Below, one piece after another: positions 36,670-46,200 of a DNA stretch of 55,376 bases. The notes under the pieces were generated by a model. The model made no database searches, had not been told where the DNA came from, and saw only the letters and a program-made list of their open reading frames with translations. The DNA is from Candidatus Nomurabacteria bacterium GW2011_GWC2_42_20 (GTDB lineage: Bacteria > Patescibacteriota > Minisyncoccia > Phycocordibacterales > UBA1550): assembly GCA_000998425.1 (NCBI GenBank), contig LCDG01000006.1:1-55376 (forward strand), in the 5' to 3' direction. The stretch's first letter is position 1. Each line of letters begins with the position of its first letter. The position numbers and the translations under genes are program-made.

Positions 36670-37188
36670 CTACTGCTTGTTTGACAATAGTCGCTGGAGT
36701 TTCGAAAAGGCTAGCATTTCAGCCTGCCCACCCTTTGGCGCCATTCGTGCAACCCTGATGAGCTCCTCGACGTTGCTACCCGCAATCTCTACTTCAAGTG
36801 TAGATATCTGCTCTTGCTGAATTGGTACAAATTTTGCCGCGAGGCTACCTTCAAGTGTTAATTTGCTAGCCCAAGCAAGTTGTTCGAATGTCTTAGAGTT
36901 CAGAACTTCCTGTAATGAAAATAATTCCCATTCGCTAAGCCGAGGTTTAACTTCTTCTTTTGAAGGATCCTTGCCACTTTTTGTTATCTTGCGATAAACA
37001 TCAAAAAATTCTTTTGTCGCGCGTTCAAGCTCACGCGTTTTTTGCAGTGATTCTGTATACGTTTCCGCCACGTTTGTTGGTGCATGCTTTTCCTCGGCAG
37101 CATTCCTTGATTTAAATGTTATACACAGTAGACTAAACCAAGCAACAAAAGCTAGAACCAAGGCAACAATAACAATGGCGTTGTTCAT
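36670..37188 (-). CDS. Hypothetical membrane-anchored protein (ORFan)
   Basis: N-terminal TM; own promoter TTGACT-17 bp-TAAAAT (37224-37252) and SD AAGAGGAG. Confidence 0.7.
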   Translation of the reverse strand: MNNAIVIVALVLAFVAWFSLLCITFKSRNAAEEKHAPTNVAETYTESLQKTRELERATKEFFDVYRKITKSGKDPSKEEVKPRLSEWELFSLQEVLNSKTFEQLAWASKLTLEGSLAAKFVPIQQEQISTLEVEIAGSNVEELIRVARMAPKGGQAEMLAFSKLQRLLSNKQ

Positions 37189-37296
37189 CTCAATCTCCTC
37201 TTAATTTAGAAAGAACTCGAACAATTTTAGCATAAATAATACAAAAAGTCAACCAATTTGGTGCTGTATGCTTTTTAATGTAAGATACAAACATAT

Positions 37297-38550
37297 ATGC
37301 GACAGTCTCAACTTTTTACCAAAACACAAAAGGAAGCTCCTGCTGATGAGGTGGCAAAGAATGCGAAGCTCCTTATTCGAGCTGGTTTTGTAGACAAGCT
37401 ACAAGCTGGTGTGTATACATATTTACCACTCGGTCTTCGTGTGTTAAAAAACATTGAAAACATTATTAGAGAGGAAATGAACAGCGTTGGCGGACAGGAA
37501 ATTTTAATGCCCTCGCTTCAGCCAAAAGAAAATTGGCAAACGACAGGACGATGGGACACGATGGACGATTTGTATAAAGTGATAGATATCTCTGGCAGAG
37601 AAAATGCTCTCGGTCCAACACATGAAGAAATCGTTGTGCCTCTTGTGAAGCAGTTCATCTCATCATACCGCGATCTACCTTTTGCCACATATCAATTTCA
37701 AAATAAGTTTCGAATGGAGCTTCGCGCAAAATCTGGGATCCTGCGTGGCCGTGAGTTCATCATGAAGGACATGTATTCGTTTCATCGCAACGAGACAGAC
37801 ATGATTGCCTATTATGAAAAGATGAAAGGCGTATATGCGAATGTCTTTGAGCGAGTTGGTATAGGCGCAACAACGTTTTTGACATTTGCATCAGGTGGGA
37901 GTTTCTCAAAATATTCGCATGAGTTTCAGACAATCACGAGCGCAGGAGAAGATACAATCTATATTTGTGACAAATGTCGCGTTGCTGTGAACAATGAGAT
38001 TATTGAGGACCAAAAACACGCATGCCCAGAGTGTGGCGGAAAGAATCTGCGTGCAGAAACGTCAGTAGAGGTAGGTAACATTTTTGAGCTCAAAACGAGG
38101 TTTTCTGCCCCATTCAACCTTTCATACAAAGACGAGGATGGTAAAGATCAGTCTGTTGTTATGGGGTGTTATGGTATTGGGCTTGGTCGTGTTCTCGGTA
38201 CTGTGGTAGAAGTGCTAGGAGACGAAAAAGGGCTCGTATGGCCAGACGCAATTTCACCATTTGGCGTACATATTGTGGAGCTTGGAGGTTCTGGCGATGA
38301 TATCGTTCGCAAGGAATCACAAAAGCTGTATGATGAACTCATAAGTAAAGGAATAGAAGTGCTTTGGGACGATCGTGATTTACGCGCTGGTGAAAAGTTT
38401 GCAGAGAGCGATCTGATCGGCATCCCGCTTCGTGTGGTAGTATCTTCAAAAACCATCGCGAGTGAAAGCTTTGAAATAAAAAATCGCGCAACCGGGGAAG
38501 TTTCTCTGGTTGGCAAAGATGAGCTAATGGCAATGTGTAAAGCGAAATAA
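37297..38550 (+). CDS. proS: Proline--tRNA ligase (short form without INS editing domain)
   Basis: LGPTHEE, RGREFIMKDMYSF, VEVGNIFEL, MGCYGIG, anticodon-binding domain. Confidence 0.96.
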   Translation: MRQSQLFTKTQKEAPADEVAKNAKLLIRAGFVDKLQAGVYTYLPLGLRVLKNIENIIREEMNSVGGQEILMPSLQPKENWQTTGRWDTMDDLYKVIDISGRENALGPTHEEIVVPLVKQFISSYRDLPFATYQFQNKFRMELRAKSGILRGREFIMKDMYSFHRNETDMIAYYEKMKGVYANVFERVGIGATTFLTFASGGSFSKYSHEFQTITSAGEDTIYICDKCRVAVNNEIIEDQKHACPECGGKNLRAETSVEVGNIFELKTRFSAPFNLSYKDEDGKDQSVVMGCYGIGLGRVLGTVVEVLGDEKGLVWPDAISPFGVHIVELGGSGDDIVRKESQKLYDELISKGIEVLWDDRDLRAGEKFAESDLIGIPLRVVVSSKTIASESFEIKNRATGEVSLVGKDELMAMCKAK

Positions 38551-38555
38551 CTATT

Positions 38556-39605
38556 ATGTTTGATAAATTTTACCAACTTTTTTCTAATGATATCGGCATC
38601 GACCTCGGTACCGCAAATACCCTTGTATATCTGCGTGATCACGGAATCGTTATCAACGAGCCGTCTGTTGTTGCTGTAAATCAAAAGACAGGACAGGTGG
38701 TCGCGCTTGGCACGCAGGCGAAGCAAATGCTTGGCCGTACGCCTGGACACGTGGTCGCTATACGTCCTCTTGTTGATGGAGTTATTTCAAACTTCGAGGT
38801 TACAGAAGAAATGCTATCGTATCTCATTAGTAAGGCAAACAAAATTAGCAAAAAAACAGTGCGCCCAAGGGTGGTTATCGGTGTGCCTTCTGGGATTACG
38901 ACTGTTGAGGTTCGCGCAGTCTATGATGCGGCAAAAAATGCAGGAGCACGTGAAGTACACATAGTAGAGGAACCAATGGCAGCAGCAATTGGAATCAAGC
39001 TCCCAGTAAAAGACCCTATAGGCAATATGATAATCGATATTGGCGGTGGCACCACTGATATCGCAGTCATTTCTCTTGGTGGCATTGTTAGGTCTAAAAA
39101 CTTGCACATCGCAGGAGACCGCCTGAACAACGATATCATAAGCTATATTCGCGATGAATTTCGTGTGCTCGTTGGTGAGCGTACAGCTGAGAGTGTAAAG
39201 ATTGCTATCGGGTCGGCAAAGAAAGGCGCCAGTCCAATGGAAGCAGTGGTTCGTGGGCGAGACCTTGTGACAGGGCTTCCGCGTGAAGTTGTTGTTACTG
39301 ATACTGATATTCGAGAGGCGATGAGCGGGTCTATTGCAGGCCTCGTTGACGCAGTAAAAGAAGTTATTGAGACTACTCCACCTGAAGTCTTGTCAGATGT
39401 AATGAGCCGTGGAATTATACTCGTTGGTGGAGGCGCGCTTATTCGAGGGCTTGACGAATTATTGTCGCAGACTCTCCATGTACCTGTATATATTTCAAAC
39501 GACCCATTGACAGCCGTGGCTCGTGGAGCAGGCATTATTCTTGAGGATATGGACAATTTCAGAGAGGTCCTCATCGAACACGAAAATGATATACCACCGC
39601 AGTAA
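38556..39605 (+). CDS. mreB: Rod shape-determining protein MreB, paralog 2
   Basis: GIDLGTANT, EEPMAAAIG, DIGGGTTD; followed by mreC. Confidence 0.96.
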   Translation: MFDKFYQLFSNDIGIDLGTANTLVYLRDHGIVINEPSVVAVNQKTGQVVALGTQAKQMLGRTPGHVVAIRPLVDGVISNFEVTEEMLSYLISKANKISKKTVRPRVVIGVPSGITTVEVRAVYDAAKNAGAREVHIVEEPMAAAIGIKLPVKDPIGNMIIDIGGGTTDIAVISLGGIVRSKNLHIAGDRLNNDIISYIRDEFRVLVGERTAESVKIAIGSAKKGASPMEAVVRGRDLVTGLPREVVVTDTDIREAMSGSIAGLVDAVKEVIETTPPEVLSDVMSRGIILVGGGALIRGLDELLSQTLHVPVYISNDPLTAVARGAGIILEDMDNFREVLIEHENDIPPQ

Positions 39606-40383
39606 ACAAGGTAACGTATTTTCGAATAGAAAAAATATTATTCTTAGTATTTTTATAGCTGTGAGTATTTTTTTTCTATTATATTCTCCTGTTCGGAAAG
39701 TTCTTACGCAAAGTGTGCACAATGTCGCCATCGTGGTGTGGGAGATTGGGAGTTCTGTCTCTGGTGCATTGGATTCATTTGTAACTAATTTTAAAACAAA
39801 GGACTCTCTTGTGAAGGAGAACGACATACTTAATGAGGCGCTCTCGATTATGTCAGCACAGGTGCTTGATAGAAATCTGCTTGTTGAAAGAGTGGCAAGA
39901 CTTGAAGAAGCACTAGGGCGTTCTAGTGGTGATAATCGTGTTGTAGCAAAGGTCTTGGTTGGGCCAGGACGCTCACCGTATGACACGCTTGTTATTGACG
40001 CGGGAACTGAAAATGGAGTAAAGGTTGGAGATCTGGTTTCATATGCGGGCTCTGGCGTTATTGGAGAAATTATTGAGGCTGCTTCTTCTTCTGCAAAGAT
40101 AAAAATTTATTCGTCATATGGCGACGAGCAGCTTGTTATCGTTGGGGCGCAACACCTTCCCGTGACAGCCTATGGGCGTGGAATGGGTAACTTTGAAGCA
40201 ATGGTTCCGCAGGATAGCTCTGTAGTTATTGGCGATACTGTTGTTACAAAAGAAAATCTTATTCTTGGAGCAGTTACATTTATTGAGGAAGAACCAGCAA
40301 ATCCTTTCAAGCGTATTTTTTTTCGTGTACCATTCAATATCACAGAAATCAACCTAGTTGAGGTAATAAAGATTAAGGGCTAA
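39586..40383 (+). CDS. mreC: Rod shape-determining protein MreC
   Basis: TM + coiled coil + LVIDAGTENGVKVGD beta domain; position after mreB. Confidence 0.9.
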   Translation: MIYHRSKQGNVFSNRKNIILSIFIAVSIFFLLYSPVRKVLTQSVHNVAIVVWEIGSSVSGALDSFVTNFKTKDSLVKENDILNEALSIMSAQVLDRNLLVERVARLEEALGRSSGDNRVVAKVLVGPGRSPYDTLVIDAGTENGVKVGDLVSYAGSGVIGEIIEAASSSAKIKIYSSYGDEQLVIVGAQHLPVTAYGRGMGNFEAMVPQDSSVVIGDTVVTKENLILGAVTFIEEEPANPFKRIFFRVPFNITEINLVEVIKIKG

Positions 40384-40401
40384 AATTGCAACATTTTACA
40401 A

Positions 40402-40650
40402 ATGAAAAAACGTATCATTTTTGATTTAATTCTTTTCTTTGCCATTTTTTATTTGCCATGGTGGGTCATTGCTATTTTGGCATTTATTGGCGCTTTTTTG
40501 TGGCCAATGTATTATGAAATAATCGCATTTGGAGTCCTTATAGATGTATTGTATGGCGCAAATTCATCTACTTTCGGTGGACTGGCTGGCGTTCTTACCG
40601 CGGTCGCAATACTATTTGCAGCATCATATGCAAGGAAAGCAGTTCGATAA
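40402..40650 (+). CDS. Small membrane protein at the mreD position
   Basis: 82-aa hydrophobic ORF with FGVLIDVLYG, between mreC and PBP2. Confidence 0.6.
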   Translation: MKKRIIFDLILFFAIFYLPWWVIAILAFIGAFLWPMYYEIIAFGVLIDVLYGANSSTFGGLAGVLTAVAILFAASYARKAVR

Positions 40651-40667
40651 ACATAGAGCTGACCCAT

Positions 40668-42410
40668 ATGTCAAAAAGAATTTCACAGAAATATTTAAAG
40701 CAACTATCTCGAGATATTAACCCAGACGAGATTTTTCTAGATTCAAAAAATTTGCCAGGCTTTGATAAATATCAATTTGAGGGACGTATTGAAAAACCAA
40801 TAAGCCATATTTCAATTTGGGGAGTATTCTTCTCTTTTCTATTGATCATATTTATTTTTTTAGCAAAGGTGACGATCCTGCAGGTTGTGCAGGGTGAAGA
40901 ATTTTTGAAAAAGAGTGAAAACAACAGACTCAGTCATACTCCATTGTTTGCGATGCGAGGGGTTATATATGACCGCAATAAAACACCTCTCGCGTGGAAC
41001 TCTTTTGACGATGAAGAAGCTCGCACAGCGCTTATTGCATCTGAAACGAGTACAACAACTGAAAAAATGCCGTTCCCACATCGTTCATATGTTACCTCCT
41101 CTGGCTTTGGCCACTTGCTTGGTTATGTGAGCTATCCAAAGCGTGATAGTCGCGGGTACTATTATCAGGAATTATTTGTCGGTAAGGATGGTATCGAGGA
41201 GTATTATAATGAAATGCTTTCTGGAGAGAATGGGTTTCAAATTATTGAAACAGACGCACTTGGCAACAGTAAGGAGGGAAGTATTGTCGAGAGCCCAAAA
41301 AACGGAACGGAGCTTACCTTGAGCATAGATTCACGCGTGCAAGAAAAGTTGTATGCAACTATTCGCGATACCTCAAACAATTTTGGCTACATGGCAGGGG
41401 CAGGCGCTATTATTGATGTCGAGAACGGTGAGCTTTTGGCTATGACGAGTTATCCAGAATATGAAAGCTCTACACTGTCTGAGGGGAAGAATAAGAAGCT
41501 TATTCAAAGCTACAACCTAGATAAGCGCGCTGTATTTCTTGACCGTGCTGTATCCGGAGTATATACCCCAGGTTCTATTATTAAACCATTTATGGCAATA
41601 GCGGCACTTGCAGAAGGCGTCATTACCCCAGAAAAACAAATTCTAAGTACTGGGTCTATTTCAATTCAAAACCCATATTATCCAAACATAAAATCAGTAT
41701 TTAATGACTGGAAGGCGCACGGGTTGGTTGATATGTGGCGCGCCATCGCAGTGTCATCCGACGTGTACTTTTATGCTATCGGAGGAGGTTATGAGGACCA
41801 AAAAGGTATTGGCATTGCAAATATTGAAAAATATGCCCGCATGTTTGGTTTTGGGGAATTGACAGGGATAGACATTACAGATGAGAAATCTGGAACAATT
41901 CCAAACCCAGAATGGAAAGCAAAAATGTTTGAAGACGGTGTCTGGCGGTTGGGTAACACATATCACACAGTCATTGGGCAGTACGGTTTTCAGACTACAT
42001 TATTGCAAGCTCTTCGCGCTGTGGCAGGTATTGCAAATGATGGGACACTTGTTACACCACATTTATTAAAAGATCCCACTCAGGAAGTCTCAACTTCAAA
42101 AATCCCAATTTTGCAACAACATCTTCAGGTTGCGCGCGAAGGAATGCGCCAAGGGGTAACAAGCGGTACCGTAACAGGGCTCGGCGTTGGGTATGTGAGT
42201 GTCGCAGGGAAGACAGGCACCGCTGAAATAGACGCTGGTAAAAAATACATCAATTCGTGGGTCGTTGGTTTTTTCCCATACGAAAAACCACGTTATGCAT
42301 TTGCAATTGTGATGGAGAGAGGCCCGCATGACAATACTATTGGTGGCGTGTATGTAATGCGCCAAATGTTTGATTGGATGAACCAGAATACTCCAGAATA
42401 TATAAAATAA
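40668..42410 (+). CDS. mrdA: Penicillin-binding protein 2 (class B)
   Basis: RGVIYDRN, SIIK (SxxK), SSDVYFY, KTGTAE. Confidence 0.92.
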   Translation: MSKRISQKYLKQLSRDINPDEIFLDSKNLPGFDKYQFEGRIEKPISHISIWGVFFSFLLIIFIFLAKVTILQVVQGEEFLKKSENNRLSHTPLFAMRGVIYDRNKTPLAWNSFDDEEARTALIASETSTTTEKMPFPHRSYVTSSGFGHLLGYVSYPKRDSRGYYYQELFVGKDGIEEYYNEMLSGENGFQIIETDALGNSKEGSIVESPKNGTELTLSIDSRVQEKLYATIRDTSNNFGYMAGAGAIIDVENGELLAMTSYPEYESSTLSEGKNKKLIQSYNLDKRAVFLDRAVSGVYTPGSIIKPFMAIAALAEGVITPEKQILSTGSISIQNPYYPNIKSVFNDWKAHGLVDMWRAIAVSSDVYFYAIGGGYEDQKGIGIANIEKYARMFGFGELTGIDITDEKSGTIPNPEWKAKMFEDGVWRLGNTYHTVIGQYGFQTTLLQALRAVAGIANDGTLVTPHLLKDPTQEVSTSKIPILQQHLQVAREGMRQGVTSGTVTGLGVGYVSVAGKTGTAEIDAGKKYINSWVVGFFPYEKPRYAFAIVMERGPHDNTIGGVYVMRQMFDWMNQNTPEYIK

Positions 42411-42490
42411 TCAGCTGTTCCTGGCTTTTTCAGTAGCTTCATGATAGTTTTAAGTTTGGTTTTTTGTTAATTATTTAGGAGGGTAGAATT

Positions 42491-42955
42491 ATGGACGCAA
42501 GCGAGGTTTTAACTCCGCAAATAAAGAATGATTTGCTTGAAAAGCTGTGTTTTGGCTTTAGTGTTTTGCATGCAAGACAGGTTATTGGCTACACCGAGGA
42601 GTCATCAAAGTTGCTCAAATTACTGATTGACGGCGAGTACATTGAGTCGAAACTCGTCTCAGAGGCAATCCATAATCGTCTTTTGGAGCTAGGGTGTGCA
42701 ATGCAGATAATGCATCTGCGCACTGGGACATTTCCTGACCATCTTGGTTCAAACGAAGTCTTTGGCTACGCATTGAAACATGGGAAGGTGCATCCGGCTG
42801 ACGTCACATTTGATCATGGGGAGACGGCAGAGGAGTATATCCTCGAATCCGACGGACTCCTCGAAGCTGTTTTTGATCAATTGCTTTCATACAAGCGTCC
42901 AGCAGAGCCTTTGTTTTCGAGCAAAGGTGGTGTGTGTTGCGGCACTTGCTGTTAA
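42491..42955 (+). CDS. Hypothetical protein with C-terminal CCGTCC (ORFan)
   Basis: 154-aa ORF with SD AGGAGG and downstream terminator. Confidence 0.65.
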   Translation: MDASEVLTPQIKNDLLEKLCFGFSVLHARQVIGYTEESSKLLKLLIDGEYIESKLVSEAIHNRLLELGCAMQIMHLRTGTFPDHLGSNEVFGYALKHGKVHPADVTFDHGETAEEYILESDGLLEAVFDQLLSYKRPAEPLFSSKGGVCCGTCC

Positions 42956-42983
42956 TTGTAAGCATCCTTTTATTTTTCACTTT

Positions 42984-43017
42984 AAAACACTCATGGCTCC
43001 TCCATGAGTGTTTTTTT
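42984..43017 (+). terminator. Intrinsic terminator
   Basis: aaaacactcatgg / ccatgagtgttttttt. Confidence 0.85.
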
Positions 43018-43044
43018 ATTGTATAAACAGAAAAAAATTTAGAA

Positions 43045-43073
43045 TTGACTTTTAACCTATAAACCGATAGAAT
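43045..43073 (+). promoter_or_regulatory. Sigma70 promoter of greA (probably leaderless)
   Basis: TTGACT-17 bp-TAGAAT, ATG 7 nt downstream. Confidence 0.7.
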
Positions 43074-43080
43074 ACGATAT

Positions 43081-43548
43081 ATGTCAGAAGAAAAAGAATA
43101 CTTAAGCAAAGAGAAATTTGAAGAATTAACCAAGGAGCTTGATTACTTAAAAAGCGTTCGCCGTAAGGAGATTGCTGAGCAACTTGAGTTTGCAAAGGGG
43201 CTCGGGGACCTTTCAGAAAACGCAGAATACCACGAAGCTCGCCAAAATCAAGCGGAAGCGGAAGAGCGTGTTGCAAAGCTTGAACAAATGATTAAGCATG
43301 CTGTTATCACCGAGAAGCACAAAGGTGGGGCGGTCACGATTGGGTCAACAGCTGTGATTCTTCGCGAAGGAGAAAAAGCTGAGCGTAGATATCAGATCGT
43401 AGGCTCTGAAGAGGCAAACACAAAGGAGGGTAAAATCTCAAACAAGTCGCCACTCGGGGAGGCTCTCATGGGGAAGAACAAGGGGGACAAGGTTACGTAC
43501 GAAACACCTATGGGTGTAGTTTCCTGCACTGTAGTAACTGTCGAATAG
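43081..43548 (+). CDS. greA: Transcription elongation factor GreA
   Basis: GDLSENAEYH, ISNKSPLGEALMG. Confidence 0.97.
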   Translation: MSEEKEYLSKEKFEELTKELDYLKSVRRKEIAEQLEFAKGLGDLSENAEYHEARQNQAEAEERVAKLEQMIKHAVITEKHKGGAVTIGSTAVILREGEKAERRYQIVGSEEANTKEGKISNKSPLGEALMGKNKGDKVTYETPMGVVSCTVVTVE

Positions 43549-43705
43549 GAATCGGTCAACACATATCCATAAAGCCGGAAGTCAAAAAGCAGAATGCATC
43601 TTCATTAGCACCTACTTTAGACTTTCGAATCAGTAGACGGGTCACCAGAGCCGTGTCGGGACACGCGTCCTGGACGTAGACACTTTTAACATATCACTTA
43701 TTTTT

Positions 43706-45178
43706 ATGGCATCATTAGAGGAAATTCGCGCAGAGCGATTGAGAAAGATTGAGCTTCTAAAAGAAAAAGGGATAAACCCTTATCCTATCGCGACAAAGCG
43801 TTCTATTTCTGTTGCCGATGCACTTTCTTCGTTCACTAAACTCTCTAGAGAAAATAAAAAAATTACGCTCGCCGGTCGTGTAATGGCAATTCGTGGGCAG
43901 GGGGCTCTTGTCTTTTTTAATTTGCGCGACAGTGAGTCTGTTATTCAAGGCTTTCTAAAGCGAGATGATATGGATGAAGATCTATTTTCATTGTTTCAGG
44001 ACACTATTGATATAGGGGATTTCATTGAATGTACTGGAACTCTATTTATGACCAAGCGAAAGGAGAGAACTTTGCTTGTAAAAAGTTGGAAGATTCTTTC
44101 AAAAAGTTTGCGACCGCTTCCAGATAAGTGGCATGGACTTCAGGATGTTGAAGAGCGTTTTCGTAAGCGTTATTTAGATATGCTTATGTCCGATGAGGTG
44201 CGCGCGCGTTTTGTGCTCCGTTCAAAAATCATTACAGAGACCCGCTCTTTTTTAAATGACGCTGGCTATCTTGAAGTAGAAACCCCGCTTCTGCAATCCC
44301 TTGCTGGGGGCGCGCTAGCGGAGCCATTCAAAACACATCACAATGCTCTTGATATTGATTTAAATCTCCGTATAGCCCCAGAGCTATATTTGAAAAAGCT
44401 TTTAGTTGGCGGTTTCCCTCGTGTGTACGAGCTTGGACGCAATTTTCGTAATGAGGGCATCGATATGACTCATAACCCAGAGTTCACGATGCTAGAGTTT
44501 TATGCCGCATACGAAACTGCTGCATCCCAAATGGCTTTCGTGGAAAAGATGATAAAGACACTTGTAAAAAATGTTCTCAGGGGAACGAAAATAAAATCTG
44601 GAGAAGACGTTATCGATGTGTCAAAAAAATTCACGGTTACCTCATTTCTTGACCTGTTCAAGCGTTACGCATCGATAGAAAACCCAGAGACGATGTCTCA
44701 CGAAGACTGGAAGCTATCTGCTGAGCGTTTTGGTGTACATGTAGAGCCACACGATGCCGTTGAAAAAATAATGGACAATGTTTATAAAAAGGCTTGTCGT
44801 CCAAGGATAATTCAGCCAACATTTATTGTTGACTATCCTGCAGGATTTTCGCCGTTTGCAAAAAAGCAGGAATCAAATACAGCATTTATCGACCGATTTC
44901 AACTTGTTATCGCTGGCGTAGAAATGGTGAATGCATTCTCAGAGCTAAATGATCCACTAGAGCAAAAGATTCGCTACGAAGAGCAAGATAAGAAGAAAAA
45001 AGGGGGAGAGGGAGATGTGTCACCCTCAGACGAGGACTACCTGGAAGCTATAGAGTACGGGCTTCCACCTGCTGGTGGAGTTGGTATCGGTATTGATCGC
45101 TTAGCAATGATTTTCTCAGATACACGCAATATACGCGAGGTCGTACTCTTCCCGACAATGAGACCTCAGTTGGACTAA
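43706..45178 (+). CDS. lysS: Lysine--tRNA ligase (class II)
   Basis: RFRKRYLD, LRIAPELYLK, FRNEGID, HNPEFTMLEFY, GIGIDRL. Confidence 0.98.
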   Translation: MASLEEIRAERLRKIELLKEKGINPYPIATKRSISVADALSSFTKLSRENKKITLAGRVMAIRGQGALVFFNLRDSESVIQGFLKRDDMDEDLFSLFQDTIDIGDFIECTGTLFMTKRKERTLLVKSWKILSKSLRPLPDKWHGLQDVEERFRKRYLDMLMSDEVRARFVLRSKIITETRSFLNDAGYLEVETPLLQSLAGGALAEPFKTHHNALDIDLNLRIAPELYLKKLLVGGFPRVYELGRNFRNEGIDMTHNPEFTMLEFYAAYETAASQMAFVEKMIKTLVKNVLRGTKIKSGEDVIDVSKKFTVTSFLDLFKRYASIENPETMSHEDWKLSAERFGVHVEPHDAVEKIMDNVYKKACRPRIIQPTFIVDYPAGFSPFAKKQESNTAFIDRFQLVIAGVEMVNAFSELNDPLEQKIRYEEQDKKKKGGEGDVSPSDEDYLEAIEYGLPPAGGVGIGIDRLAMIFSDTRNIREVVLFPTMRPQLD

Positions 45179-45244
45179 AGTCTTGCAGAAATCTGTATTC
45201 TGTGATATAAATCAAATTAGATAACTTTTAAGAGGAGTTGTGTG

Positions 45245-45502
45245 ATGACAAATTACTACAATTTGCGTGATGTTCTTCATGAGTACTATCCACTTGTTCA
45301 TGATGTTAGGCATCTGATGGTGTTGCATAATGAGCTTGTCGTTGAAATAAAAAAAGCTCAAAGCACATTTGAGTCAACTTACCAGAATGTGCCACTTTCA
45401 GCGTTTCATTGGGAAAAGATTCATCCTTCAGTGAGGATTCATTACGATATTTTGAAAAAGGGGATTGATGAACATTATGGTGTTTCAATTTCTGAGGTAT
45501 AA
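45245..45502 (+). CDS. Hypothetical protein (ORFan)
   Basis: Promoter TTGCAG-17 bp-TATAAA (45183-45211), SD AAGAGGAG, downstream terminator. Confidence 0.6.
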   Translation: MTNYYNLRDVLHEYYPLVHDVRHLMVLHNELVVEIKKAQSTFESTYQNVPLSAFHWEKIHPSVRIHYDILKKGIDEHYGVSISEV

Positions 45503-45528
45503 TCAGTGTTACGAAGTCTTAAAACACC

Positions 45529-45562
45529 AAAGCACTATTCGCTAAGCGAATGGTGCTTTTTT
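45529..45562 (+). terminator. Intrinsic terminator
   Basis: aaagcactattcgct / agcgaatggtgctttttt. Confidence 0.8.
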
Positions 45563-45649
45563 CTTGTTATATTCCTTTCTGTACGTCTAAAATGTGGACA
45601 TTTTAGACGCGATTTTTTCTTTTGTCGGGCAAAAGAAAAAATCGGCGCC

Positions 45650-45726
45650 TGTGGATAACTATCGATATTTTGTGTTGTATGGTGGGATAAAGTGTAATAT
45701 AATGTAGTTAAGTGGGAGAAAGTGGC
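45650..45726 (+). promoter_or_regulatory. DnaA box and MraZ-binding repeats upstream of the dcw operon
   Basis: TGTGGATAA at 45650; GTGGG-like units at 10-bp period (45672, 45682, 45692, 45712, 45722). Confidence 0.8.
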
Positions 45727-45764
45727 GAATTAGAAATTCGGCAAAGATCTCACTAAAAAATATC

Positions 45765-46199
45765 ATGCTCATAGGCGAACACACCCACACCCTAGATCCA
45801 AAGAAGCGCCTCGCTCTTCCAGTAAAGTTCCGTAAGGAGCTAGGCAAAAAAGTTGTCATCACGCACGGACTCGACAACTGTCTCTTTGTGTACCCAATGA
45901 AGGAGTGGCAGAAGGTTGCAGAGCGCTTGGCTTCGCTCCCTATGGGTCAAGCTGACACTCGTGGCTTCGGACGTTTTATGCTCGCTGGCGCAGTTGAAAC
46001 AGACGTGGATAGCATTGGTCGTATCCTTGTTCCAGATTTTTTAAAGGAGTTTGCGGATCTAAAGACTCAGGTCGCAGTTGTTGGTGTGTCTACTCGCGTA
46101 GAGCTCTGGGATGAAAAGGTGTGGCGTGAGTACAAAGCGCGTATCCAAAAGGGCGCTGACGCTCTTGCTGAAAAGCTTGGAGAGATTGGCGTAATTTAG
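45765..46199 (+). CDS. mraZ: Transcriptional regulator MraZ
   Basis: LDPKKRLALP and DSIGRILVP repeats. Confidence 0.97.
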   Translation: MLIGEHTHTLDPKKRLALPVKFRKELGKKVVITHGLDNCLFVYPMKEWQKVAERLASLPMGQADTRGFGRFMLAGAVETDVDSIGRILVPDFLKEFADLKTQVAVVGVSTRVELWDEKVWREYKARIQKGADALAEKLGEIGVI

Positions 46200-46200
46200 T

